From NCBI GenBank assembly GCA_003218785.1, contig QHOM01000031.1:1-34216 (forward strand): a stretch of DNA of 34,216 bases, written 5' to 3'. The notes below the pieces were generated by a model. That model made no database searches. It saw only the letters and a program-made list of their open reading frames with translations, and was not told where the DNA came from. Below are positions 24,468 to 33,890 of the stretch, in pieces. Source of the stretch: Verrucomicrobiota bacterium (lineage in GTDB: Bacteria > Verrucomicrobiota > Verrucomicrobiia > Chthoniobacterales > UBA10450). The stretch's first letter is position 1. The number at the start of each line of letters is the position of its first letter. The translations under genes were made by a program, and so were the position numbers.

Positions 24468-26969
24468 ATGCAATTGCGATACACATTTAAGAAACGAAGA
24501 CGGGACCGTTTCGAACGTTTCAAGATCATCTTCCCAATCCTTTTAGCGGGATGGATCCCATCGGTCTTAACCCTCATCGTTTCGTACACAATTCTGCGCG
24601 ACACCCTGGAAACAAGGATCTTGCGCGACCGGCAAACCCTAATCCAATTGGTGGGCCACCTCGTGGGCCATGACCTAACCCGCAGTAGTAGCATTATTGA
24701 GTATTATCAGACGCTGCCAGAAGTCGCGAACATTTTGAGCGCGCCGAGTCCCCAGGCAGTCGCACAATGGCTCAGCTCAGCATTTTATTCGCATCCCTAC
24801 ATCGATGGAATGTTCATCAGTGCGCCTGATGGCCGGCTTATTGCATCAATTCCAACAGCTCCGGAGATGATCGGCCAGGATTTTGGTTCCGATCGCTGGC
24901 GCAAGCAAGCGGCAGCGTCGAATGGGACCTTTGTCTCAGCAGTTCATCCCAGGTTGCTAGATAAACGGCTCGTAACCGATATCGTCGGCGTGGTTCGCGG
25001 GCCAGACAGGACGATCCTCGGTTATGTTGGAATCTCTGTCCTCGTGGAAAGAATCGGTCGGCGCTTGTCTACAATCGAGTTTGCCGATCGGTTTCTTTTC
25101 GAGGTGCTCGATCAAAACGGCGCCTCGCTTTTTGCCACTGATTTTAAGCCGAACCCCAAAGCGACTTCTCCCGAAGGGGGGATTTTGATCAATGAGATCC
25201 GCCAAAGCAAGAGCGGGCACTTCGAGCGGCACGGCAATCTTTATTCTTTCAGCCCCATCGAATCGACCGGTTGGGTCGCGGTAGTTGTGCAGCCGAAAAG
25301 TCTCGCCTACAAGCCCGTTCATGACCTGCTCGGACGAATGACTGTCCTGGCAGCTTGGTTGGTTGTTCTCACGGCGGTTCTCGCGTGGCTCGGAAGCGGG
25401 TTTTATCAGCGCCAGCTGGAATCTACGCGGCGCATTGAACGTGAAGTCGTCTTTAACGAAAAGATCCTGGCGAACATGCCTAGTGGCATTGCCTTTGTCG
25501 ATCCGAGGTCGCGCCGTTTCCTTCAGGCGAACGACGCTTTTGCGCACATGGCCCAGCGTTTCGGAGATCTGCCACAGAGTGACGACATCACGGAAGCCAC
25601 TTACGACGATGTGAAGATCGCACCGGCCGGAGCAATCGAGAAAGTCCTTTCTTTTGGCACACCGTTTCAGTTGATCGAGCACCCCTTAAAAGACAAAACG
25701 GGTATGACGCATTTTTTGGATATTACCCTGCTCCGGCTACAGGGCTCGCAAGAAACCATCCAAGGCGTGCTGTATCTCGTCGAAGACAAAACGCGCGGTG
25801 TCAAACTGCGCCAGGAACTGATTGGTGCAAATGCCGCGAAAGACCAATTCCTAGCGCTGCTTTCGCACGAGTTGCGCAATCCTCTCTCACCAGTGATCGC
25901 GATGGTCGGGGAGTTGGAAGCGACCGTTCCCGATTCCCCGACGGTTCACGAGGCGCTCGAGGTCATTCGACGCAACGTCGAGCTGGAAGCGCGTTTGATC
26001 GACGATTTGCTCGACGTCACGCGCATCGCAAAAGGCAAACTGCAGTTGAGCTTTGAGACTGTTTGCGTGCACGAAATCCTGCACCGCGCTTACGAGATTT
26101 GCCGCGAGGACATTGCTGCGAAGCATCTTGACGCGGAATTTCGTCTTCGCGCTGCTTATACGCATGTCGCAGGCGACCCGGCGCGTTTGCAGCAAGTCTT
26201 TTGGAATTTGATCAAGAACAGCGTGAAGTTTACTCACCAAAAAGGACGCATCATTATCGAGACAGTGAACGCCGCGCCGGAGAGGATTGAGGTTCGGATT
26301 ACCGACAATGGGATGGGCATTGAGCCGGAAAGGATCGATAAAATCTTCAACGCCTTCGAGCAGGGACAAACCTCGATCACCCGCCGTTTTGGAGGTCTCG
26401 GCCTAGGTCTTGCGATTTCGAAGGCGCTGATCGATGCGCATGACGGGAAAATCCGCGTGGAAAGTCCCGGAAAGGATCAAGGCTCCACGTTTTCGCTAGA
26501 ACTGAAAACGGTGCCGAGTCCGATCAGCGGCGACGGCGATGGCGCCCAACGCGATCGACGCGCCGTTTCGGAAAAAGATTTGGTTGTGCCCAGGCATCGG
26601 CGCGTCCTAGTGGTGGACGATCATCATGATACATGCACCGGAATGAAGAGGATGCTGGAGCGCCGCGGCTACGAAATTACAGTGGCGCATTCCGCCGAGC
26701 AGGCCGTGGAAAAAGTGCGCACACAGGATTTCGATCTGCTAATTAGCGATATCGGACTTCCGGACCGCACCGGCTATGAATTAATGCGCGAATTGCGAAG
26801 CAGCAAAGCTCTGCCCGGAATTGCACTTAGCGGCTTTGGAACCGAACAAGACGTAAAGGAAGCCCGAGCGGCAGGTTTTTCCGAGCATCTGACCAAGCCG
26901 ATCAATTTTGAGCGGTTAGAAGAGGCGATTAAAAATCTGCTCGATGTCGAGACTACCGCGAAATCCTGA
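24468..26969 (+). CDS. hybrid sensor histidine kinase (periplasmic Cache-like domain, PAS, HisKA, HATPase_c, C-terminal receiver)
   Basis: Two TM helices bracket a ~250-aa extracytoplasmic domain. The H-box is FLALLSHELRNPLSPV, the N/G boxes are NLIKNSVKFT and DNGMGI ... GGLGLGLAISK, and the receiver is VLVVDDHHD ... DLLISDIGLPDRTGYEL ... LTKP. Confidence 0.9.
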   Translation: MQLRYTFKKRRRDRFERFKIIFPILLAGWIPSVLTLIVSYTILRDTLETRILRDRQTLIQLVGHLVGHDLTRSSSIIEYYQTLPEVANILSAPSPQAVAQWLSSAFYSHPYIDGMFISAPDGRLIASIPTAPEMIGQDFGSDRWRKQAAASNGTFVSAVHPRLLDKRLVTDIVGVVRGPDRTILGYVGISVLVERIGRRLSTIEFADRFLFEVLDQNGASLFATDFKPNPKATSPEGGILINEIRQSKSGHFERHGNLYSFSPIESTGWVAVVVQPKSLAYKPVHDLLGRMTVLAAWLVVLTAVLAWLGSGFYQRQLESTRRIEREVVFNEKILANMPSGIAFVDPRSRRFLQANDAFAHMAQRFGDLPQSDDITEATYDDVKIAPAGAIEKVLSFGTPFQLIEHPLKDKTGMTHFLDITLLRLQGSQETIQGVLYLVEDKTRGVKLRQELIGANAAKDQFLALLSHELRNPLSPVIAMVGELEATVPDSPTVHEALEVIRRNVELEARLIDDLLDVTRIAKGKLQLSFETVCVHEILHRAYEICREDIAAKHLDAEFRLRAAYTHVAGDPARLQQVFWNLIKNSVKFTHQKGRIIIETVNAAPERIEVRITDNGMGIEPERIDKIFNAFEQGQTSITRRFGGLGLGLAISKALIDAHDGKIRVESPGKDQGSTFSLELKTVPSPISGDGDGAQRDRRAVSEKDLVVPRHRRVLVVDDHHDTCTGMKRMLERRGYEITVAHSAEQAVEKVRTQDFDLLISDIGLPDRTGYELMRELRSSKALPGIALSGFGTEQDVKEARAAGFSEHLTKPINFERLEEAIKNLLDVETTAKS

Positions 26970-26996
26970 CTTCGATCGGCCGGGTAAATAGCTGCG

Positions 26997-27353
26997 TTAC
27001 GGGCCGCTGCGGGCGGGCGCACTAGCGTTCTTCTGCCGCTCAGCGGCTTCTTTTAACTCCCGTGAAAGCTTTTCCACGCGCTGACGCATAATCTTGCCAG
27101 CCTTAAATTTCACCGTCGCTCGCGGTGGAATCACGAAGCTGCTGCCGGGTTGATTCGGATTTCGTCCCACGCGGGCCTTTGTAAGCCGGGGCTGAAAAAC
27201 GCCAAAGTTGCGCAGTTCAACGGGAATGTTGTTGGCTAAACTGTCGGTAATTTTATCGAGCGTCCGCTGAACCACGTTGAATACCTCGTGTTGGACCATG
27301 CCGGTTTGGTTGCTGATGGCCACAACGATGTCGCGTTTGGTTAGCTTTGCCAT
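26997..27353 (-). CDS. HU/IHF-family DNA-binding protein with a charged C-terminal tail
   Basis: MAKLTKRDIV..., RNFGVFQPR, GRNPNQPGSSFVIPPRATVKFKAGK, then an extra ~30-aa tail (RVEKLSRELKEAAERQKNASAPARSGP). Confidence 0.9.
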   Translation of the reverse strand: MAKLTKRDIVVAISNQTGMVQHEVFNVVQRTLDKITDSLANNIPVELRNFGVFQPRLTKARVGRNPNQPGSSFVIPPRATVKFKAGKIMRQRVEKLSRELKEAAERQKNASAPARSGP

Positions 27354-27499
27354 ATCTATTTAGTAATCGCTCCACATTGCCGTGGCGGTGGTCAAATTAA
27401 AAACAAAAAACCGAACTTTTTAACCGGCTAACTTCCTCGACAAGAAGACGAAACGCAATGGCAACTTTGCCAGGACATCCCGCGCGGACGAATCCGCAA

Positions 27500-28447
27500 T
27501 TACTTTCGCCAATTCTCACGCGGCCGCGGGGCCGCATAATCGTTCGGAGCGACCTCGTGCGCAGTTCGGAAATGTACTTTCGCCACGTCGCGCAACACAC
27601 CCGGTCCGTTCGTTTCCACCAGTCTTTTCGCGGTCTCTTTTACGCCGGCGGACACTCCTCGCTCGAGTCGCAAACCAAGTTCCTTCCCTTGCCGCTCCAG
27701 CCACCTGATAAAAGCTTCACGCGCCAAAATCGATGCGGCCGCCACCGCGATATCTGATTCCGCTTTCGTGCGTTGTTCGATGTCGATCTTGCGGCCATGG
27801 CGCAACAGCGATTGCTCGACCACGTGCGCGTCCGCAAACTGGTCCGACAACGCCCGGGAACAATCCGGTTTTTTTGCCAGCAAATTCTCGATCACGCGAG
27901 CGTGCCCCCATCCTAGCAGTTTGTTCAAATTGCCGAACTTCTGGTAAAGCTCGTTGTACTTTTGCGGACCGATCAGCACGGTCTCGACTAAGCCGTTGGC
28001 AGTCTTTCGAATGATTTGAGCAAGGGCACGCATACGCGCATCCGAGCCGATTCGTTTACTATCCTGCACACCGGCATCGAGAAGTTTACGCGCAATCCCA
28101 CGGTCAACATAGACGCCTGCGATCACAAGTGGCCCGAAAAAGTCACCCTTTCCGCTCTCATCGACGCCAAAGTGCGACTCGAACATTTCCGGCGAGTGCA
28201 CTTCTTCGTAACCTAGTTTCGCTTCGCCGAGAATCTTTGGCTCCAGCTCAAATTGCACGAACTCCTCTACGTCCCTGCCTTGCACGAGCACTTTCGGTCC
28301 TTTTTCATAAACTGCGACGCTCAGCTTATTCTTCTGGGCAAAAAGAAGCGTGTATTCCTTTGGAGAAAATTCGAACCCGAGCTTTTCGAGCAGCGCACGA
28401 AGCTTTGTCACCTGCCCTAACGAAAGCGGATGTGTATACGAATTCAT
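27500..28447 (-). CDS. rnhC: ribonuclease HIII
   Basis: An ~85-aa N-terminal domain is followed by GVDESGKGDFFGPLVIAGVYV, and later DSKRI. Confidence 0.85.
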   Translation of the reverse strand: MNSYTHPLSLGQVTKLRALLEKLGFEFSPKEYTLLFAQKNKLSVAVYEKGPKVLVQGRDVEEFVQFELEPKILGEAKLGYEEVHSPEMFESHFGVDESGKGDFFGPLVIAGVYVDRGIARKLLDAGVQDSKRIGSDARMRALAQIIRKTANGLVETVLIGPQKYNELYQKFGNLNKLLGWGHARVIENLLAKKPDCSRALSDQFADAHVVEQSLLRHGRKIDIEQRTKAESDIAVAAASILAREAFIRWLERQGKELGLRLERGVSAGVKETAKRLVETNGPGVLRDVAKVHFRTAHEVAPNDYAAPRPRENWRK

Positions 28448-28543
28448 TCAGCCACAGGTTACCACAAATGAAACAGAGATTGCATTCCGTCCAAATCACT
28501 CAGCAAGACATAATCAGTCATCTGTGTTAATCCGTGTTTCGCT

Positions 28544-29566
28544 GTGGCTTTCCGAAAAAATCAATTCTATGTGGCGCTAACAAATTGGTACCACAAGCAC
28601 GGCCGCGTTCTCCCTTGGCGCCAAACTCGCGACCCCTATGCCATCCTCGTCTCCGAGGTCATGCTCCAGCAGACGCAGGTTGCCACAGTTATTCCCTATT
28701 ATAATGAGTGGCTCCGGCGCTTCCCCGATTTCGCCGTGCTGGCTCGGGCTTCAGAAAGTGACGTCCTCCACGCATGGCAAGGCCTCGGTTATTACGCGCG
28801 GGCGCGCAATCTGCGGGCGGTCGCGAAAACAGTGCAAAACCGGCGCGGCGGCAACTTTCCTCGAGGTGTCGCGGCAATGCGAGGATTGCCGGGCGTCGGC
28901 CGTTACACCGCCAATGCTGTCGCGACGTTCGCCTTCAATCAGCCAGTCCCGATCGTCGAAACCAACATTGCTCGCGTTCTGGCGCGTCTGTTTAATCTCC
29001 ACAACCCGATCGATCGAACGGCTGGTCGAGAAGCACTCTGGAGACACGCGAGCATTCTTCTTCCACGGTATTCCGCCCGCATCTACAATTCGGCGCTGGT
29101 CGATCTCGGCGCGCTGGTTTGTCTTCCGTGCCAGCCAGAGTGCGGGATTTGTCCCGTGAAAAAATTCTGCCGTGCAAAAAATCCGGAAAGTCTTCCAATA
29201 AAGAAAATGCGGTCTCCAACATTACGGCTAACCGAAAATCACGCGTTTATCGTTCAACCGAATAGAATTCTGCTTCAGAAAGCTCGTGAACGCTGGTGCG
29301 GCATGTGGATTTTGCCAACGCTGCGAAAACGATCGCCAGATGAACCTCCGGTGTACGCGTCGATCTTTCCGTTCACCAACCATCGCGTTGCATTGAACGT
29401 TTACACGCGTCGCCGTCGGAAGATCAATAAGGACTCACAACGCTGGATCAGTATCGATTCGCTCGACTCGATTCCCATCCCTTCGCCGCATCGAACGGCA
29501 GTGCGTTATCTTCTCAGCGAAGTATCAGCAGCACCAGCACGCCGGCGACGGTCGTCAGGACCGTGA
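28544..29566 (+). CDS. mutY: A/G-specific adenine DNA glycosylase
   Basis: [23 protein letters not shown] and Hh[13 protein letters not shown]. The Fe-S cluster spacing is C-x6-C-x2-C-x5-C in [23 protein letters not shown]-like C-terminal domain follows. GTG start at 28544 (alternative GTG at 28571). Confidence 0.9.
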   Translation: MAFRKNQFYVALTNWYHKHGRVLPWRQTRDPYAILVSEVMLQQTQVATVIPYYNEWLRRFPDFAVLARASESDVLHAWQGLGYYARARNLRAVAKTVQNRRGGNFPRGVAAMRGLPGVGRYTANAVATFAFNQPVPIVETNIARVLARLFNLHNPIDRTAGREALWRHASILLPRYSARIYNSALVDLGALVCLPCQPECGICPVKKFCRAKNPESLPIKKMRSPTLRLTENHAFIVQPNRILLQKARERWCGMWILPTLRKRSPDEPPVYASIFPFTNHRVALNVYTRRRRKINKDSQRWISIDSLDSIPIPSPHRTAVRYLLSEVSAAPARRRRSSGP

Positions 29567-30608
29567 TTGGGATACCAAAGCGCGCATAATCCCAGAAGCC
29601 GATTTCCAGATGTTCGCGCGCAGATTCCACTACGATCATGTTGGCGACGGAACCAATGATGGTGAGATTGCCAGCAAATGTCGTCGCCAACGCGAGCACT
29701 TTCCACATCAAGACCGGTTCGGCAAAGCGCGTGATCCATTTTCCCGCCACAAGCACGAACGGCACGTTCGAGAAAATGTTCGATCCGGCTATGGAAAACC
29801 ATGTGAAATTCCAAGCCTGCGCTGTCACGCTTGATCCAAAGACGAGTTGCAGATGGCGATAAATGGCATCGGGCAGGCCGGTGTCGGTCAATCCGTCAAC
29901 CACGACAAACAGCGCTGCAAAGAACACGAGCAAGTGCCAATCGACCAATTTGAGCACTTCATGCGTATCGCGACGCGCGAGCACCATCACCAGGGCCGCG
30001 CCCGCAAGTGCCGTCCACGCCAGATTCAGCCCAGCGACGAAGCAGACGAAGATCGACACAAACACAATGCAAACGATCGCAAACAGAATGCGATCAAGCT
30101 TCGGGACAGGGTGAGGTTCCCGCTCGATTGTTGCTGCTCGCAGAGCGCTTCGAAAGCCAATGCGCAAAATGATAAAGTTGATCGCGAGGCCGACAACAGC
30201 CGCCGGTGCGAGCGCCAGGGAAAATTGCGCAAATGGGATTCGGGAAAAATGTCCGATGATCATGTTCTGCGGATTGCCCACGAGCGTGGCAACACTGCCG
30301 ATGTTGGCGCTGGTCGCGAGCGCGATCAGGTACGGCAGCAGTGGGAGTTTTCCGCGGCGGATTACTGCGATGACGAGCGGCGTCAACATCAAGCAGATCG
30401 TGTCATTCACCAGCAACGCCGACAGAGTTCCCGACGTGAGCATCAGATAAAGCAGGAGTCGCCCCGGTGTGCGGGAAAATTCCAATACAACGTCAGCGGC
30501 CCATTCGAAAAAACGCGCGAGAGAAAGGTAGGCGGACACCAGCATCATCGCGAGCAGGAGCACGATGGCGTCATAGTTGAGCGCGCGATAGGCGTGCTCC
30601 GGTGTCAT
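29514..30608 (-). CDS. ArsB/NhaD-superfamily (YbiR-like) anion permease, C-terminal 364 aa of a frameshifted gene
   Basis: [24 protein letters not shown] ... [22 protein letters not shown] ... polytopic protein. The N-terminal ~62 aa are encoded in another frame immediately upstream. Confidence 0.8.
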   Translation of the reverse strand: MTPEHAYRALNYDAIVLLLAMMLVSAYLSLARFFEWAADVVLEFSRTPGRLLLYLMLTSGTLSALLVNDTICLMLTPLVIAVIRRGKLPLLPYLIALATSANIGSVATLVGNPQNMIIGHFSRIPFAQFSLALAPAAVVGLAINFIILRIGFRSALRAATIEREPHPVPKLDRILFAIVCIVFVSIFVCFVAGLNLAWTALAGAALVMVLARRDTHEVLKLVDWHLLVFFAALFVVVDGLTDTGLPDAIYRHLQLVFGSSVTAQAWNFTWFSIAGSNIFSNVPFVLVAGKWITRFAEPVLMWKVLALATTFAGNLTIIGSVANMIVVESAREHLEIGFWDYARFGIPITVLTTVAGVLVLLILR

Positions 30609-30798
30609 TACCCCCGGTGGAGACCATCAATACTGCACCGAGCAGAGCCGCGGCGGGACGATTCAACGGCAGAATCTTGAGTTGTCGACCGCTGATGAGA
30701 ACGTAAGTGATTCCGAAGATCACGGTTGCGACCAGCTCCTGCTGCCAGTGGTTCACAGCGGGTCCATAGCGGAGGGCACGCCGCTTTTCAACGAGCAC
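30571..30798 (-). pseudogene. N-terminal fragment of the same ArsB/NhaD-type permease
   Basis: ...[42 protein letters not shown] then runs off-frame. Removing one C from the C5 run at 30611-30615 joins it to MTPEHAY... as [11 protein letters not shown]. The start is GTG 30798 or GTG 30756. Confidence 0.6.
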
Positions 30799-31021
30799 AA
30801 TTTCTTTGCGAAGCGTTGGCGCAATGCATAGCCTCTTTCATCTATGGTCGCGCTCAAATTGCCGGCAGACGCGATCGATTGCTCAACCGACGACGCCTTC
30901 GTTTGTCGGCAGAAAGTCAGATCATTATTGAATGAAGCGAATGAAATTGTTGCTATGACCGCCGCTTCGATTAAGACGTTGCGCCCGGGTGCCATCCAAA
31001 ATCTAAAATCTAAAGTCTAAA

Positions 31022-31897
31022 ATGAGAAGCATGACTGGCTACGGTCGCGGCGAGACCGATCACGGCGGGACAAAATTCAGCGTCGAACTGAATTCCGTGA
31101 ACCGGAAGCAGAGCGACATCGTGATTAATCTGCCGCGCGATCTGGCCGAACTCGAGCCGCGCATTCGCCAAACGATCAATGAAAATATTTCGCGCGGCCG
31201 GACCAATGCCACCATTACCTTTCACAGCGGCACAAACGGCGTGCGCAAGCTGGCCCTCGATACCGAGCTGGCCCGCTCCTACCACGAAGCGATGCGCGCA
31301 TTGCAAGAGGAGTTAAACGCCCCCGGGGAGATCACGGTCAGCACAATCCTTCAAGCTCCCGGTGTAATGCGTTTTCCAGAGCAAGTAGTAAGCGCGGAAG
31401 AATCGTGGCCCGCCATCGATCGCGCGCTGCGCGCCGCGCTTGCCGATCTAATCAAAATGCGAGAGCGCGAGGGCAAACATCTGGCCAAAGATTTGATTCA
31501 TCGCCTGAAAGCGATTCGGAAAAAACTGAAAGAGGTCCGCGCGCTGCATCCCGACGTGATCAAAAGGTATCGCGCGGCTCTTCTCGATCGGATTCAAAAA
31601 GCCGGGATGCCTATTGCCAGCGACGACGAACGTGTGCTGAAGGAAATTTCCTTCTTCGCCGATCGCGCTGACGTCTCGGAGGAATTGACGCGCGTAGAGA
31701 GTCATCTTGCGCAATTCGCGCATCATCTGCGCAAGAATGAACCGGTCGGTAGGACGCTTGAATTCATCACGCAGGAAATTTTTCGCGAGCTCAACACGCT
31801 CGGCGCGAAAGCTAACGACGCGGCCATTTCACAGCGCGTCGTCGCCTGCAAAGCGGAATTGGAGAAGATTCGGGAGCAAGTCCAAAATCTTGAGTAA
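31022..31897 (+). CDS. yicC: YicC-family stress-induced protein / endoribonuclease
   Basis: MRSMTGYGRGE N-terminus and C-terminal EFITQEIFRELNTLGAKAND motif. Confidence 0.9.
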   Translation: MRSMTGYGRGETDHGGTKFSVELNSVNRKQSDIVINLPRDLAELEPRIRQTINENISRGRTNATITFHSGTNGVRKLALDTELARSYHEAMRALQEELNAPGEITVSTILQAPGVMRFPEQVVSAEESWPAIDRALRAALADLIKMREREGKHLAKDLIHRLKAIRKKLKEVRALHPDVIKRYRAALLDRIQKAGMPIASDDERVLKEISFFADRADVSEELTRVESHLAQFAHHLRKNEPVGRTLEFITQEIFRELNTLGAKANDAAISQRVVACKAELEKIREQVQNLE

Positions 31898-32501
31898 ACA
31901 GTTCGGCCGCCACGGAATTCTCTTTGTCATTTCTGCGCCCTCAGGCGCGGGCAAGACGACGCTGGTGGAAGCGCTTCGGCAAACTCCCGATCTTTTTTAT
32001 TCTGTCTCCTGCACCACGCGAGCGCCGCGCGGCGGCGAAATTGAAGGCGAAGATTATCAATTTCTTTCCGATGCAGATTTTCGAGCGCGAGTCGCGGCTG
32101 GCGATTTTTTAGAACACGCGCACGTCCACGGCGATTATTACGGAACTTTGCGCAAACCGGTGCTTACAAACTTAAAAGAGGGAGTTGATGTTTTGATCGA
32201 TATTGACACTCAGGGCGCGGCCGCGATTCGCAATTACGACGATCTGTTCATCCGCCAGGCCTTGACCGATATATTTATCATGCCGCCCGATCTCGAAGAA
32301 TTGCGCCGCCGCTTGCTAAAGCGCGGAACGGAAACAGCTGGACAAATCGACTCCCGTCTCGCCACAGCCGCGCTCGAGATGGAATTGTGGCGCGATTATC
32401 GCTACACTGTCATTAGTCGATCGGTCGAAGAGGATTTGCAAAAGGTCCGGCATATCATGAGCGTGGAAAGTTATTTGAGCCGGCGTTTGATTCAGAAGTA
32501 A
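31890..32501 (+). CDS. gmk: guanylate kinase
   Basis: P-loop ISAPSGAGKTT, CTTRAPRGGEIEGEDYQF. No ATG or GTG lies between the yicC stop and the P-loop. The TTG at 31890 is in frame, overlaps the yicC stop and gives 203 aa. Confidence 0.88.
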   Translation: MSKQFGRHGILFVISAPSGAGKTTLVEALRQTPDLFYSVSCTTRAPRGGEIEGEDYQFLSDADFRARVAAGDFLEHAHVHGDYYGTLRKPVLTNLKEGVDVLIDIDTQGAAAIRNYDDLFIRQALTDIFIMPPDLEELRRRLLKRGTETAGQIDSRLATAALEMELWRDYRYTVISRSVEEDLQKVRHIMSVESYLSRRLIQK

Positions 32502-32531
32502 TTTGATTCGCGAATAACTTGTCGATCTGGA

Positions 32532-33155
32532 ATGGAAAGAAACTCCAAAGGCAAACGCGATAAAACCAGCGCGCGAAAGGTGGTGCGCATTCCGCCGGAC
32601 ACAAAATCCGTGGTGCTCGGCGTCACGGGATCAATCGCCGCTCACAAATCCGCGGAGCTCGCCAGCCTGCTCGTCAAACAGGGTCACGAAGTTTTTGTCG
32701 TGATGACGCAGGATGCCACTGAATTTATTTCCCCCCTTACGTTGCAAACGCTTTCCAAAAACCCGGTGACAACCAGTTTCTTTGACGAAAAGGAAAATTG
32801 GCGGCCCGGCCACATCGAGCTCGCTGATCACGCGAACCTGCTTCTCATTGCACCGGCCACCGCGCATATTATTGCGGAACTTGCTCATGGTTTGGCCGGT
32901 CATCCTCTCGCGGCGATCGCACTCGCGACGCGCGCGCCGATTCTACTGGCGCCCGCAATGAATGGAAAAATGTGGGAGCACCGCGCGACACAGGAGAACG
33001 TCGAAAAATTGAGGGCGTGCGGCGTCGAGTTCATCGGGCCAGAAGAAGGAATGCTCGCGTGCGGTTACGAAGGGCTCGGCCGGCTGTGGAAAGTCAATGA
33101 CATCGCATTTCGCGCCGAGTTCATGCTGGCACGCCAGGATAACTTGATCGCGTGA
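32532..33155 (+). CDS. coaC: phosphopantothenoylcysteine decarboxylase (flavoprotein half of CoaBC)
   Basis: GVTGSIAAHKS, LIAPATAHIIAELAHG, LAPAMNGKMW. Confidence 0.9.
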   Translation: MERNSKGKRDKTSARKVVRIPPDTKSVVLGVTGSIAAHKSAELASLLVKQGHEVFVVMTQDATEFISPLTLQTLSKNPVTTSFFDEKENWRPGHIELADHANLLLIAPATAHIIAELAHGLAGHPLAAIALATRAPILLAPAMNGKMWEHRATQENVEKLRACGVEFIGPEEGMLACGYEGLGRLWKVNDIAFRAEFMLARQDNLIA

Positions 33156-33826
33156 GATTTCTTATTACGGCCGGCCCGACACGCGAGCCGATCGATCCTG
33201 TTCGTTATATTTCGAACCGATCTTCAGGGAAAATGGGCTACGCCATCGCCGAAGCGGCCCTCGCAGCCGGACACGACGTCACATTGATTTCCGGTCCGGT
33301 GAATCTCGATCGGCCGCCTGGCGCGCATTTTATTTCGATCTCGACCAGTGACGAAATGCATGACGCCGTCCATCGACATCTGCGCGATTGTGACATGCTC
33401 GTGATGTGCGCGGCAGTTGCCGATTACAAGCCGGCAAACGTTTCCGCACAAAAAATCAAAAAGCGCAACGAAACTCTCTCGCTCGAATTGGTTCCCACAC
33501 GCGATATTCTCGCGTCGCTTCCTAAACAAGATCGACAGTTTCTCGTCGTGGGGTTCGCCGCGGAGACAGATGACCTCGAAGAAAACGCGCAAAGAAAACT
33601 GCGCGAAAAAAATTGCGACGTCATCGTGGCTAACGATGTGAGTCGGGCAGATTCGGGAATGGAGAGCGATGCAAATGAAGTCACCATTTTCTTTCGAAAT
33701 GGCGGAAAAGAAAATATTTCTCGCGCGCCAAAAAAAAATATCGCGCGCGCCCTCGTAAAAATATTTTCAAAATTCGCGAGAAAAACGTTTGACAAAAAAA
33801 ATGTGACGATTACTGAACTTGATTAA
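33152..33826 (+). CDS. coaB: phosphopantothenate-cysteine ligase (CoaB half)
   Basis: The GTG start overlaps the coaC stop (GTGA at 33152-33155). FLITAGPTREPIDPVRYISNRSSGKMG, CAAVADYK. Confidence 0.9.
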   Translation: MRFLITAGPTREPIDPVRYISNRSSGKMGYAIAEAALAAGHDVTLISGPVNLDRPPGAHFISISTSDEMHDAVHRHLRDCDMLVMCAAVADYKPANVSAQKIKKRNETLSLELVPTRDILASLPKQDRQFLVVGFAAETDDLEENAQRKLREKNCDVIVANDVSRADSGMESDANEVTIFFRNGGKENISRAPKKNIARALVKIFSKFARKTFDKKNVTITELD

Positions 33827-33890
33827 GTGAAGTCATTCCCAACTCTTCACCAACTTCCGCACGTTGCGGATTGAAAGGGGGGAATAGTCG

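Noticed and set aside
24957-25682. 241-aa minus-strand ORF inside the histidine kinase gene
   Set aside because: It is antisense to a gene with clear Cache/PAS/HisKA architecture, and no motifs of its own were found.
27460-27471. 12-bp palindrome GGCAACTTTGCC in the HU gene upstream region as an operator
   Set aside because: It is a single short occurrence with no second copy in the window and no identifiable partner regulator. It is too weak to report as a finding.
29847-30680. 277-aa plus-strand ORF rich in R/H/D/Q
   Set aside because: It is antisense to the well-supported polytopic permease. Its hydrophilic, basic composition is the expected mirror of a hydrophobic gene, and no motif was recognised.
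31707-31889. Long TTG-initiated 5' extension of gmk
   Set aside because: It lies wholly inside yicC in another frame and would add 61 non-conserved residues before the P-loop.
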